From: an uncultured Nitrospina sp.
Lineage (GTDB): Bacteria > Nitrospinota > Nitrospinia > Nitrospinales > VA-1
Assembly: GCA_937891765.1 (NCBI GenBank)
Contig: CALAGQ010000038.1
Location: 9,079 to 73,078 of the forward strand
Direction: 5' to 3'
DNA length: 64,000 nt
Part shown: positions 1 to 9,406 of the stretch, piece by piece
How positions within the stretch are numbered: position 1 is the stretch's first letter
Layout: each line of letters opens with the position of its first letter
The notes under the pieces: generated by a model
Database searches by the model: none
What the model was told of the DNA's origin: nothing
The model's input: the letters and a program-made list of their open reading frames with translations, nothing else
Program-made: the position numbers and the translations under genes

Positions 1-101
1 GCATCCCTGAGATCAAGAATCTTTTCCTGCAATTGCGGCCGGTCTTGAGTCTCATTTAAAACCTGGTCGATCAACTCTACAATATGGGTCTGGTCTCCCA
101 T
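1..101 (-). CDS. 5' part of a hypothetical protein running off the window start (MGDQTHIVELIDQVLNETQDRPQLQEKILDLRD...)
   Basis: ATG at 99-101 on the minus strand, AGGA-like RBS upstream, frame open to the window edge. Confidence 0.6.
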   Translation of the reverse strand, partial: MGDQTHIVELIDQVLNETQDRPQLQEKILDLRD

Positions 102-352
102 GAATAAGTCCTTTATTTTCGTTGTGAACCCTTAATTGTATGAACAAAAGATTTTATAAATCAAGTCAATTTTCTCAAAGGTTTAGTGGAGAAAACCTTT
201 TCATTATATTAGGATGGAGACTTCTATTGATTATTGCCCTGAAAAACATTCGCGTAATTTTTCCGTATCCCCACAGAGTTCGACAAAACCCCAGGTGGCG
301 CCAAGACCACCTTTAATGTGAAAGTGATCTCTGACAACAAATTTTCGACTCT

Positions 353-1663
353 ATGATCTTTGCGAACAACAAAACTCCTATCGAAAAATGCATCATCAGT
401 TTCAGCCATAACAAATATTCCAGCCGCAAAGAAGCCGATACCTTGAGCCTTGCCAAGGCAGAACGTGAAATTGCCGCCGGGAAAAATGGCATCAGTCATC
501 TTATTCTAAGAGCTGAAGATGATGCCATCGACCGACTAAAATTTCTTTTTTTGATCCGGGGGATTCCCATCATGTGTTACGCGCTGGGCAACCTGCTGAA
601 CTCCAGCTTGCGCGAAATCGTGGTGGTCGGCTCCGACGAAGTCAAAAAAGTTATGGGCCGTTTCCTCGACATTGTCGGCACCTGTGGGAAAACCATTCGG
701 TTTGTCCATGAAGATGCTCAACACCTCAATCTGGTCCACACCATGAACCTGGGCCGGGAGTTGCTTTCTCCTTCACCCGACGAACTAGTTCTGTTCCAAC
801 CCGGCGACCTGCCTTTCCTGTACGACTTGGAAAAAGTATTGCACTCGCCCGACAACAAAAAACACAACCTGGTGCTCTGGCTGAACTCCCGGCAAACGAT
901 GTTCCCGGATTTCGCAAAGAATCAGGACAGTGAGTTCGTCAAACGCAATTATCATTACCGCTCTCTCAGCGACGATGAAGGCAGCCTGCTGGACCTTAAA
1001 GAACCCAATTTGTATCCCATTAATTTTGCCATGATGGATTCGGATATCATTGACCATCTGCACTCTTCCCGCAAAGACGGACAAATAATTCACGCGGGCT
1101 TCCAAACCGCCCTTCAAAAACCCTTACGCTTACTCAATGTTCTGCCTTATGCTATAGACCATCTTTTGACGTTCAGAACAAAGGTGAACCGCATCCGACC
1201 CGGCGACCGATATCATTTTGGCATGTCCCGAAAAAATTTCCATAAAGGCATCTCCCGTTTGCTCAATACTCCCTTAACCACCACGTTGCATGACGACCCG
1301 GCTTTCGTTTCCGATGTCGATGCATTGGAAGATTGGGAAGATTTTGAGTCTCTCACCCATCATGCGGAGAAAATTCATGGCCCGGAGGGTCTGGAGACCA
1401 TCCACCCGTTTGGAAAATCCCTGGCCCGGTTTCGTGAAGAGGGCATGCCTCAGTTGAAAACGGAGATTCCCATGTATCAGGATTTTCCTTCCTACCTCAA
1501 CGCTATTTACGAAACTCTCAAGATGGGTTATGTGCCCTTTGGCAGGGGCAACCAATACATCTCGCCAAACGCGAACTTGAAGGAAGCGGAATTCGCATAC
1601 CGCTGGTATAAGCATAAATGTGCTCAATTGAAACAGACCCTTGAAAACCAGCAGGCTTTCTGA
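353..1663 (+). CDS. nucleotidyltransferase-fold (GT-A, MobA/CofC/NTP_transf-like) hypothetical protein, 436 aa
   Basis: segments GIPIMCYALGNL..SLREIVVVG, GDLPF and SDVDALEDW resemble MobA/CofC-type NTP transferase motifs. Confidence 0.6.
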   Translation: MIFANNKTPIEKCIISFSHNKYSSRKEADTLSLAKAEREIAAGKNGISHLILRAEDDAIDRLKFLFLIRGIPIMCYALGNLLNSSLREIVVVGSDEVKKVMGRFLDIVGTCGKTIRFVHEDAQHLNLVHTMNLGRELLSPSPDELVLFQPGDLPFLYDLEKVLHSPDNKKHNLVLWLNSRQTMFPDFAKNQDSEFVKRNYHYRSLSDDEGSLLDLKEPNLYPINFAMMDSDIIDHLHSSRKDGQIIHAGFQTALQKPLRLLNVLPYAIDHLLTFRTKVNRIRPGDRYHFGMSRKNFHKGISRLLNTPLTTTLHDDPAFVSDVDALEDWEDFESLTHHAEKIHGPEGLETIHPFGKSLARFREEGMPQLKTEIPMYQDFPSYLNAIYETLKMGYVPFGRGNQYISPNANLKEAEFAYRWYKHKCAQLKQTLENQQAF

Positions 1664-1740
1664 TACCCGAAAATAACGCTATAATATAGACTGTGATTTC
1701 GCAGGCTAAAATTTAAGCACCCGGACAAACTGAGCCAAAA

Positions 1741-2700
1741 ATGCCTAAACCATGGCAGGGAAATAGTTTATTGAACCGAACCCGATTATCCGGGTTCATC
1801 CTTATATCACTGGGCATTCACATAACATCGGTGATCGTTCACATGGCAATCCCTGCCGGTGAAGAAAAAATAAAGGGGCCTCCCCCTATCCGGGTGAAAT
1901 ATATCGAGCCGGAAAAATCCCTGACCAAAAAAAGCGGTCGAATCATCGATACACCAACGCCGCCAAAGAAAATCGAGAAGGCCCGGAACAAAGACCTGCT
2001 GGCAAAATTTGACAGTCGGGCCCATTCCAACACCAAAAAGAAAACTTCTAAAACCTACCAGCGCAACAAAACTATTGTTCCGAAATCAAAAGGATCAGTG
2101 GGTAAAACAGGTACCGCGCCCGTTCGAGAAAAGAAAACCGTCCGCAAACCCCAGAGACGCACCGCACTTGAACCGAGAAAAAGGCCTCTACCCGAATCAG
2201 ATATTGGAAAATATAAATCCGTTACCAAGAGAAAACCCAAGCCCTCAACGTCTGCTGCCAGCCCCAAGGCAGGCACAGGCAGCGCCCTTGCTCTTCTAGA
2301 CGGGTTTGACCCTGAACCCTTCGCATCACTCAACACAGAGGATATCGAAAACATCGATGATGACGAACTAGTTTCCCTCGATACCACGGAAGTCAAATAC
2401 GCTTCTTATTTCGCGAGGATCAAGCACCAGATTGAGCGGGTATGGATTTATCCCAGCGATGCGGCACAACGTGGCATCAGCGGCGACCTCACTTTGACTT
2501 TCAGGATTTCCAAGGACGGCAACCTTCTTGGAGTGCACCTGTTGGATCGTTCGGGTTATGAAATTCTGGATGTGGCCGCGCTCAAAGCAGTGAAAGAAGC
2601 GGCGCCCTTCTACCCCTTCCCGGAAACCATTGACCGGGAGAAGCTATCCATTCAGGCCAATTTCGTTTACACTCCCCAATTTGAACCCATCGCTCCCTGA
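1741..2700 (+). CDS. energy transducer TonB family protein
   Basis: N-terminal TM helix, Lys/Pro-rich linker, C-terminal TonB domain (YPSDAAQRGISG...FRISKDG...SGYEILDVAALKAV). Confidence 0.85.
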   Translation: MPKPWQGNSLLNRTRLSGFILISLGIHITSVIVHMAIPAGEEKIKGPPPIRVKYIEPEKSLTKKSGRIIDTPTPPKKIEKARNKDLLAKFDSRAHSNTKKKTSKTYQRNKTIVPKSKGSVGKTGTAPVREKKTVRKPQRRTALEPRKRPLPESDIGKYKSVTKRKPKPSTSAASPKAGTGSALALLDGFDPEPFASLNTEDIENIDDDELVSLDTTEVKYASYFARIKHQIERVWIYPSDAAQRGISGDLTLTFRISKDGNLLGVHLLDRSGYEILDVAALKAVKEAAPFYPFPETIDREKLSIQANFVYTPQFEPIAP

Positions 2701-2712
2701 TTTGCCATCACT

Positions 2713-3939
2713 ATGAACTCTGCTCATCTTGCGGTCATTTTACTGTCCCCTCTTGAGACCGGGTACTCCCCGATCCTTGAAAACAAAGTAGCGGGCATTC
2801 CTTTATTTAAGCGCCTGATCCTCACTTTGCAAAGAGCAGGAATCCAAGAGTTCCTGGTCCTATCCCGGCACTTGGATGAACAAAAAATCAAAACCCACCA
2901 AAATGACATTGAAAAAGATTTCCGATTCAAAAGCCGCCTGCACTGGCACGACCACGCCAAATTCTTTGAAGCAAACGGTAGCGAGCAAGCGGACACACTA
3001 TGTCGATCCCGGCCGTTTCTGCTGGTAAATGGAAACCTCGTCACACATCAAAAGGTGATTCAGCGCTTTTTGGAATCCGCGAATAATTATCCTGATAAAA
3101 TTTTCAGCCTGCCGCTGGAGCCAAAAAAACCCGGCGGACTGTATCTGCTACCTCCAGATAAATTTTCCACATTGAATCATCGAACCGGAACAGAAGGTGA
3201 CGGAGACAGAACCAAGCGCATAACGTTGCCCGCCGAAACGAGTTTCTGGATAGAAGTCCGAGACAAAGCTTCCGCCCTGGCGGCGGAAAAGCAACTGCTT
3301 CGTTTCAGCAAAAACCATTACACCCAGTTTATGGATATATGGTTTAATTCCATGTTTTCCATTCCCATATCCTCCGTACTGGTCAAAACACCACTCACTC
3401 CCAATATGCTAACCCTGTTGGGATTGCCTATAGGACTTCTGGCGGGCTGGTGCTTCGCGCAGGGAAGTTATCTCACCAGTGTGGTGGGAAGTTTGTTACT
3501 GGCCCTGACTACAATATGGGATTGTTGTGATGGGGATATGGCACGGCTGAAACTCATGGAGTCTGATTTTGGCGAAACACTCGACACCACTTGCGATAAT
3601 CTCATCAATGTTTTTATCTTCACGGGAATAATGCTGGGCGTTTATAGAACTAATGGATGGGAACAAGCTCTCATCCCTTTCATTATGCTTGCCATCGGTG
3701 GCGGACTGATTTTTGCTTTCATCTATTTTCCTCAGGGAGGCAAAGGAAGTTTTTTTAAGGGCTCCAGGATGTATGACGTGATTCAGGTTCTGGCAAGCCG
3801 GAATTTTATTTATATCATTTTAATTTTCGCTATGATCGGACATCTCGATTGGTTTCTCTGGCTTGCTGGCATTGGTTCCCTCATTTTCGCGCTGACACTT
3901 TTTATTGCTACACGCCAGTCGGTTAATGAAACGGCTTAA
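2713..3939 (+). CDS. CDP-alcohol phosphotransferase with an N-terminal NTP-transferase-like domain (paralog 1)
   Basis: intact motif DCCDGDMARLKLMESDFGETLDTTCD; several TM helices; N-terminal KVAGIPLFKRLILTLQRAGI. Confidence 0.85.
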   Translation: MNSAHLAVILLSPLETGYSPILENKVAGIPLFKRLILTLQRAGIQEFLVLSRHLDEQKIKTHQNDIEKDFRFKSRLHWHDHAKFFEANGSEQADTLCRSRPFLLVNGNLVTHQKVIQRFLESANNYPDKIFSLPLEPKKPGGLYLLPPDKFSTLNHRTGTEGDGDRTKRITLPAETSFWIEVRDKASALAAEKQLLRFSKNHYTQFMDIWFNSMFSIPISSVLVKTPLTPNMLTLLGLPIGLLAGWCFAQGSYLTSVVGSLLLALTTIWDCCDGDMARLKLMESDFGETLDTTCDNLINVFIFTGIMLGVYRTNGWEQALIPFIMLAIGGGLIFAFIYFPQGGKGSFFKGSRMYDVIQVLASRNFIYIILIFAMIGHLDWFLWLAGIGSLIFALTLFIATRQSVNETA

Positions 3940-3951
3940 GGTTTTTATATT

Positions 3952-5103
3952 ATGAATGATTACGCCTCCACACATCAAGCCGACTCCATAATTTTAACCG
4001 CTGTTTTATTATTACCTGCGGAGCCTGATTGGTATTGGCACAACCTGGCACAGGTACCCTTCCTGCTCAGAAACGCACTTACCCTGCAAAGAGCGGGTAT
4101 AAAAAAACTGATTATTTGGATGCAAAGTCCTGCCGAAAGCATAGATGCCCGCCAACTCGAGCAGGACCCTCGCATTGATCTGAATATCGAATGGATCGTG
4201 GATAATACCCTTCTCAACACTTGCGCCATGGTCCTCGACGGGTCCACCCTGCTTGAAGAATCAGAGATCGTAGAAGCCATGACGCCATCCAGCGAAAACC
4301 GGACAGACACTTCCAGTTTTTATTTTTTTCCCGACCCACTCAAACAACTGCTGGAATCACAAGAAACAAATCTTATAGCAGTCATCCCAGCCCATGAATC
4401 ATCACGCTTGTTTAATGAGAAAGATTTCCAAGCGGCCGAAGAGCAGCTTTTAAAATCCGCAGGCCTGGGCAACGATAGCCTGATGGACCGACTGGTGACG
4501 CGGTTCATTTCCAGACAATTGACTCGCCTGTTTTTAAAAACCGGTTTGACTCCTAATCAGATCACTTTTCTCAGCCTGTTGATCGGCCTTGGGTCTGCAT
4601 GGAGTTTTTATCAGGGTAGTTATTTTCCCGGTGTGGTCGGTTCCCTCCTGCTACTGGTCTCCGCCTGGGTCGATTGCACCGATGGCGAAATCGCGCGCCT
4701 TAAATTCATGGAAACACCACAGGGAGCCCAACTCGATATCTTCTGCGATAACATCGTTCATCTTTGTGTTTTCTTTGCTATTGGAATAGGTTTGTTTTTT
4801 CAAACGGGGGATTCTCTCTATAAACTCTCCGGCGGGCTGGCGGTTTATGGCAGCCTAGTTTCGTTCATACTGCTGAATAGCATCATCGTGAAACAAAAAC
4901 AGGCCGCAGGACAGGGGAAACCCTCCGACACCTGCCTGGTAGACCAACTCGCCAACCGGGACTTCGCCTACTTCCTGCTTGTCATGGCCTGTGTCGGTAG
5001 ACTCGATATCTTCATCATTCTTGCCGCAATCGGGTCCAACCTGCTCGCCATTTACCTCACCTACCGCCGGCTCCGGGCAACGCCCGGTGGTGACCAGCAA
5101 TGA
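3952..5103 (+). CDS. CDP-alcohol phosphotransferase with an N-terminal NTP-transferase-like domain (paralog 2)
   Basis: intact motif DCTDGEIARLKFMETPQGAQLDIFCD; TPNQIT segment; N-terminal VPFLLRNALTLQRAGI. Confidence 0.85.
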   Translation: MNDYASTHQADSIILTAVLLLPAEPDWYWHNLAQVPFLLRNALTLQRAGIKKLIIWMQSPAESIDARQLEQDPRIDLNIEWIVDNTLLNTCAMVLDGSTLLEESEIVEAMTPSSENRTDTSSFYFFPDPLKQLLESQETNLIAVIPAHESSRLFNEKDFQAAEEQLLKSAGLGNDSLMDRLVTRFISRQLTRLFLKTGLTPNQITFLSLLIGLGSAWSFYQGSYFPGVVGSLLLLVSAWVDCTDGEIARLKFMETPQGAQLDIFCDNIVHLCVFFAIGIGLFFQTGDSLYKLSGGLAVYGSLVSFILLNSIIVKQKQAAGQGKPSDTCLVDQLANRDFAYFLLVMACVGRLDIFIILAAIGSNLLAIYLTYRRLRATPGGDQQ

Positions 5104-5170
5104 CGTTTTAATAAACTAAAGGGCAAAGATTTTTGAGCCGAGCTAACCGGTCGCATGCCTGACAACGCTA

Positions 5171-5198
5171 TTGCTAGCGGAGTCCAGCGTCACGCTGG
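5171..5198 (+). repeat. hairpin repeat TTGCTA..GAGTCCAGCGTCACGCTGG between convergent genes; possible bidirectional terminator
   Basis: CCAGCG-TCA-CGCTGG at 5184-5198; also at 11315, 14370 and 56797. Confidence 0.7.
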
Positions 5199-5201
5199 CG
5201 C

Positions 5202-7163
5202 CTAGTGGGCAAGAAATTTTCTAACCTCATCCAGATCCGTTGCTACCGGGCAGGGCGGTAATGATGCGATGAACTGCTTGCCATAACCGCGTCGCCTCAT
5301 GCGGGAATCAAGAATAGAAACCACACCGGTGTCGGTCTTTTTTCTGATCAATCGACCAAACCCCTGCTTCAACTGAATGATCGCCCGGGGAATCTGGTAA
5401 TGCCTGAACGGATCGATATTTTGCCGGCGCAGTTCTTCAATGCGGGCTTCTGTCAACGGTTCTTTGGGAACGTCAAAAGGAAGTTTGGTAATGATCACGC
5501 TTTGCAACGCGTCACCGGGTATGTCCACCCCCTGCCAGAAAGAATTGGTTCCGAAAATCACTGAGGGTTCCTGCTTGAACTTTTTTATCATCTGAACAGT
5601 GGGCATTTCTCCCTGCCGGATAAGCGGAAACTTAAATTGAAGTTCGTCCAGCCTTTCATAAACCTGATTGAGAAGCGCGTAACTGGTAAATAGAATAAAA
5701 GTTTTACCGCCCGAAACCTCCACCAACTCCCGGCACCGGTTAGTAATGCCTTCCACATAAATACTCGCTTCATCTCCCGGTTCGGGGATGTCATCGGGAA
5801 TATAGAGCAGAGCCTGGCGGGCATAATCGAAGGGAGCATCCAAAGACAACTCATCATCCGGCTTGTAACCAATGCGCTCTTTAATAAAATCGAATCCTTT
5901 GGAAGTGGTCAGGGTCGCCGAGGTCATGACTATACGGTCAATTTTATCGAACACCTGCGCATGCAGTTCTTCCGCAACATGAATAGGAACTCCACGCAAG
6001 ACCACACGGGCAAAGCGTTTTTTTTGCATGATTTCCAACCAGTAAACATATCCGCGCATATGCTGATTGAGAATGGCAGACAGAGAGTTATTGAACTCAA
6101 AGCAACGCTCGGCGACAGATGAAACATCGACCCGGTCTTCTTCCGAATGCAGACCCCCTTCCAAAGATTTCAATGCCTCACGCAGAGCTTCGAGAGGAAC
6201 ATATATACCGTTATCCAACGCCGGCGGTTTATAGAACCTGAGGACCCGGTCTTTCTTTCCATATTCTTCCAGAAGTTGACTGAAGAAAAAATCGGCCGCC
6301 TGACGTGCCGCCATCACCAATTTGCGTAAATGCGGCACCGATTCGTGATCGATGCGAGTCAACAATCCCCTTTTGGAGCGCGGGTTATGCAAGCGGTCGA
6401 GAAAATAGATCAGGCTGGAATTGGAAATTCCCATCCCGAGAAATTGAGTGGCCGCTTCTTCCAGATTCTGAGCCTCGTCAAAAACCACCGCGTCGAAAGC
6501 GGGCAGCACCGCTCCGGCGTTGGCTACATTGGCGAAAAATAAATGATGATTGACGATTAAAAGATGGGCGCCGAACCATTTCTTGCGGGCTTTGAAATAA
6601 AAACAGGACGAATGAGTTTCGCAGTTTTTCCCCAGACACAGGTCTTTCTGCCGTCCCACCTCTTCCCATACCTGAGGAAGCACCTCAAAAGGCAGGTCGC
6701 TACGATACCCGGTCTCCGTCTCTCCGGCCCAGTTGAAAATACCTTCCCATTGCTTTTCTTCATCGGGCTGGGTGAACAACCCCGCCTGCGCTGATCGTTT
6801 CAACCTTCTGAGTGACAGATAGTTTTCGTTACCCATGCACAAGGCATAGCGAAAGGCTATTCCCAGTTTGTCGCGAAGCAGAGGAATGTCGTGATTGAGA
6901 ATCTGATGCTGGAGCGTCTTGGTGTAAGTAGAGATGACCACCTTCTTGTTATTTTCCACTGCCCATAAAATGGCAGGGATGAGGTAAGCCAGACTTTTGC
7001 CCGTGCCCGTGCCCGCCTCAACGATCAGGTGTTTGGCATTGCCAAAGGCCTTCTCCACCGCCTCCGCCATATCCATTTGCTCGCTGCGGAATTCGAACCC
7101 TTCCAACTGCGAAGACAGAATGCCCTCTTTACCCAAATAGTTTTCCACCCGCTTTGATGTCAT
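5202..7163 (-). CDS. dinG: DinG/YoaA family ATP-dependent DNA helicase (start 7163; the track extends to GTG 7184)
   Basis: Walker A EAGTGTGKS, Fe-S cysteines CLGKNCETHSSC, motif II DEAQ, C-terminal FWQGVDIPG and QGFGRLIR. Confidence 0.9.
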   Translation of the reverse strand: MTSKRVENYLGKEGILSSQLEGFEFRSEQMDMAEAVEKAFGNAKHLIVEAGTGTGKSLAYLIPAILWAVENNKKVVISTYTKTLQHQILNHDIPLLRDKLGIAFRYALCMGNENYLSLRRLKRSAQAGLFTQPDEEKQWEGIFNWAGETETGYRSDLPFEVLPQVWEEVGRQKDLCLGKNCETHSSCFYFKARKKWFGAHLLIVNHHLFFANVANAGAVLPAFDAVVFDEAQNLEEAATQFLGMGISNSSLIYFLDRLHNPRSKRGLLTRIDHESVPHLRKLVMAARQAADFFFSQLLEEYGKKDRVLRFYKPPALDNGIYVPLEALREALKSLEGGLHSEEDRVDVSSVAERCFEFNNSLSAILNQHMRGYVYWLEIMQKKRFARVVLRGVPIHVAEELHAQVFDKIDRIVMTSATLTTSKGFDFIKERIGYKPDDELSLDAPFDYARQALLYIPDDIPEPGDEASIYVEGITNRCRELVEVSGGKTFILFTSYALLNQVYERLDELQFKFPLIRQGEMPTVQMIKKFKQEPSVIFGTNSFWQGVDIPGDALQSVIITKLPFDVPKEPLTEARIEELRRQNIDPFRHYQIPRAIIQLKQGFGRLIRKKTDTGVVSILDSRMRRRGYGKQFIASLPPCPVATDLDEVRKFLAH

Positions 7164-7323
7164 GACCGTGCATGGTACGGGCACAACTAAAAAAGCGCAA
7201 AATTAAATTTTCACACCACCCATGAAAACACTGCTGAAAGTCGATTATCTTCCGTTCAGCGAGGTTGAATTGTGCAGCAGACTTCCTTTATAGTAGATAA
7301 TAGGTAACTTAACTGGAGTCGGC

Positions 7324-8022
7324 ATGAAAACCTTTAGCATCATTCTCGCACTTTTTTTCACATCTCCTGTCTGGGCTCAAGATCTCGATGGAGCCAAACA
7401 GCGAAAATTACTACGAACCGGGGGGATGGTTTTAGAAGAAATTCAAAATTCCCCCGACCAAAATATTCCCGCCGGGTTGATCGCCAAAGCCAAGGCCATC
7501 ATCGTCTTTCCAACCATGTTGAAAGCAGGGTTTTTTGTCGGCGCACGATACGGCAAAGGGTTCGCCTCGGTACGGTCCAAAGAATCTGGTGAATGGGGCG
7601 CTCCAGCTTTTCTTTATACTGCCGGCGGCAGTTTCGGGTTTCAGTTTGGCGCAGAAGCGGTAGACCTGATCCTGCTCGTTATGTCACAAAGAGGACTGGA
7701 AGGACTGCTCAGCGAAAAATTCACACTCGGTGGAGACATCGCTCTGGCGGCGGGACCCGTTGGCCGTCATGCAGAAGCGGCGGTAGATGTTTTCATGCAG
7801 GGAGAAATTTATTCCTATTCCAGAAGCAAGGGCATTTTTGGCGGGGTTTCCTTAAAAGGCACCATCATCACATCCGATATCGATGCCAACCAGGCTTATT
7901 ACGGCAAGCCGTTAACAGCAGAGAACATCCTGATATCGAATCAAGCCGGGGAAATCCCTGAATCCGGAAAACAATTCATAAAAATATTCAACCACCTGGC
8001 CCCCTACAAAAACGGGAACTAG
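7324..8022 (+). CDS. lipid-binding SYLF (Ysc84-like) domain protein, secreted
   Basis: signal peptide; KAGFFVGARYGKG, GGSFGFQFG, YSYSRSKGIFGGVSL motifs. Confidence 0.9.
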   Translation: MKTFSIILALFFTSPVWAQDLDGAKQRKLLRTGGMVLEEIQNSPDQNIPAGLIAKAKAIIVFPTMLKAGFFVGARYGKGFASVRSKESGEWGAPAFLYTAGGSFGFQFGAEAVDLILLVMSQRGLEGLLSEKFTLGGDIALAAGPVGRHAEAAVDVFMQGEIYSYSRSKGIFGGVSLKGTIITSDIDANQAYYGKPLTAENILISNQAGEIPESGKQFIKIFNHLAPYKNGN

Positions 8023-8031
8023 GTTTTTTAT

Positions 8032-9168
8032 CTATTGAACACGGGCGCGGATTTTTGCACTCAGTGTATCGAGCGTGATAACAACGATGGCGATGGCGAG
8101 TAACGCCGTCCCCGCTTCGTTGTACTTGAGCAGGTTGATCCACTGCTGTAGCAAAAACCCAATCCCACCGCCACCGACGAACCCGATAATCGTTGACATG
8201 CGCACATTGATATCCCAGCGGTAAAAACTGAGCGCGAGAAAGGGCAGAATCACCTGCGGCAACACTCCGAAAAAAACCACCTGCAACGGTTTGGCTCCAA
8301 CAGCGGTGATGGCTTCGACTGACCCCGAATCAATGCACTCGATCTGCTCCGAAAACAATTTCCCTAAAGCAGCAACGGAATGCAGCCCCAACGCCAGCAC
8401 ACCGGCAAAAGGACCGATGCCCACCCAAACCACAAACAAAATCGCCATGATCAACGGCTCTATAGAACGTAAAACATTCAGTGCAGTGCGCACTGCATAA
8501 TAGATGAAGGTCCCCAATTTATTTCTGGGCATGAGATTGCGGGCACCGAGAAAACTTAAAGGTAGTGCCACCAACACGCCGAACGTGGTCGCCATCAACG
8601 CCAGAAAAACGGTCTCCACCATTTTCTCAAAAGTCAGACTCAAGGTCTCGCTGACTTGCCAACCACCTTCTTCCCAGCTCAACACCGCCTTCACGGTCTG
8701 GCGCACACCTCGTGCGTTGGGCGGCACCACGGTGATATCTTTTTGAAACGCACCGGACGAATCGGTTGTAAAAGTTCCCAGCGGGAACTCCTGCTCAATG
8801 GCATTGACCCAATAGAGAATCCCCGACTGTTCGGGTTTCAGGTTAAGGCCGCGGACCGTCAGGGTGAACGAAATTTCGCCTGGCTGACGGGATAAAATCA
8901 GCTTCGGATTTGTGCCTTCACTCTCTTGGGGATTATTTTCTCTGTGGTTCTGCGAGAGGAAAAATTCCGCTTCAACAATCTGAAATTTTTTCTCCCGGGT
9001 GAACAAATCGGGCTGAGCAAGTTCTTTAACAAGCGGCTTGACAAGATGGAAGTCGCGAAACAGTTCCCCCACCTCGATTTCTGTCACCTTCCATCCATAG
9101 CTGTACACGGCCAGCACAGCCAAGATGATAATTAGAAATTTCGTCCTAATATAAAACCGATCAGCCAT
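8032..9168 (-). CDS. phnE: PhnE/PtxC-type phosphonate/phosphite ABC permease with a periplasmic insertion
   Basis: GPFAGVLALGLHS..ALGKLFSEQIE, EAA loop EAITAVGA, DINVRMSTIIGFVGGGGIG. Confidence 0.85.
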   Translation of the reverse strand: MADRFYIRTKFLIIILAVLAVYSYGWKVTEIEVGELFRDFHLVKPLVKELAQPDLFTREKKFQIVEAEFFLSQNHRENNPQESEGTNPKLILSRQPGEISFTLTVRGLNLKPEQSGILYWVNAIEQEFPLGTFTTDSSGAFQKDITVVPPNARGVRQTVKAVLSWEEGGWQVSETLSLTFEKMVETVFLALMATTFGVLVALPLSFLGARNLMPRNKLGTFIYYAVRTALNVLRSIEPLIMAILFVVWVGIGPFAGVLALGLHSVAALGKLFSEQIECIDSGSVEAITAVGAKPLQVVFFGVLPQVILPFLALSFYRWDINVRMSTIIGFVGGGGIGFLLQQWINLLKYNEAGTALLAIAIVVITLDTLSAKIRARVQ

Positions 9169-9220
9169 AGCGTTTAGAGAACTCTGAAGTTGTTGACCTG
9201 AATATTAAAAAAACACTATT

Positions 9221-9341
9221 CGTCGTCGCGAGAGAGTGAAAGGAGTGCGGCGATCCAGCACCGTGATGCTTCCTCATTAGCTTTCATACTCTACAAAGGT
9301 GTTCTGGATTGCTTCGTCGCAGTTGGCTCCTCGCAACGACG
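9221..9341. repeat. REP-like nested inverted repeat element
   Basis: outer CGTCGTCGCGAG/CTCGCAACGACG and inner GCGATCCAG/CTGGATTGC; sibling at 28571-28656. Confidence 0.75.
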
Positions 9342-9406
9342 GGTTATGCAATGACCTCTTTGATATAAAAGATATCCATTGAAGCCTCCCCTCGACAGAA
9401 GGGTGG

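Noticed and set aside
5202-7163. DinG as a type IV CRISPR or defence helicase; DEAQ instead of DEAH
   Set aside because: Standalone housekeeping context with no cas genes; the motif variant alone is weak evidence
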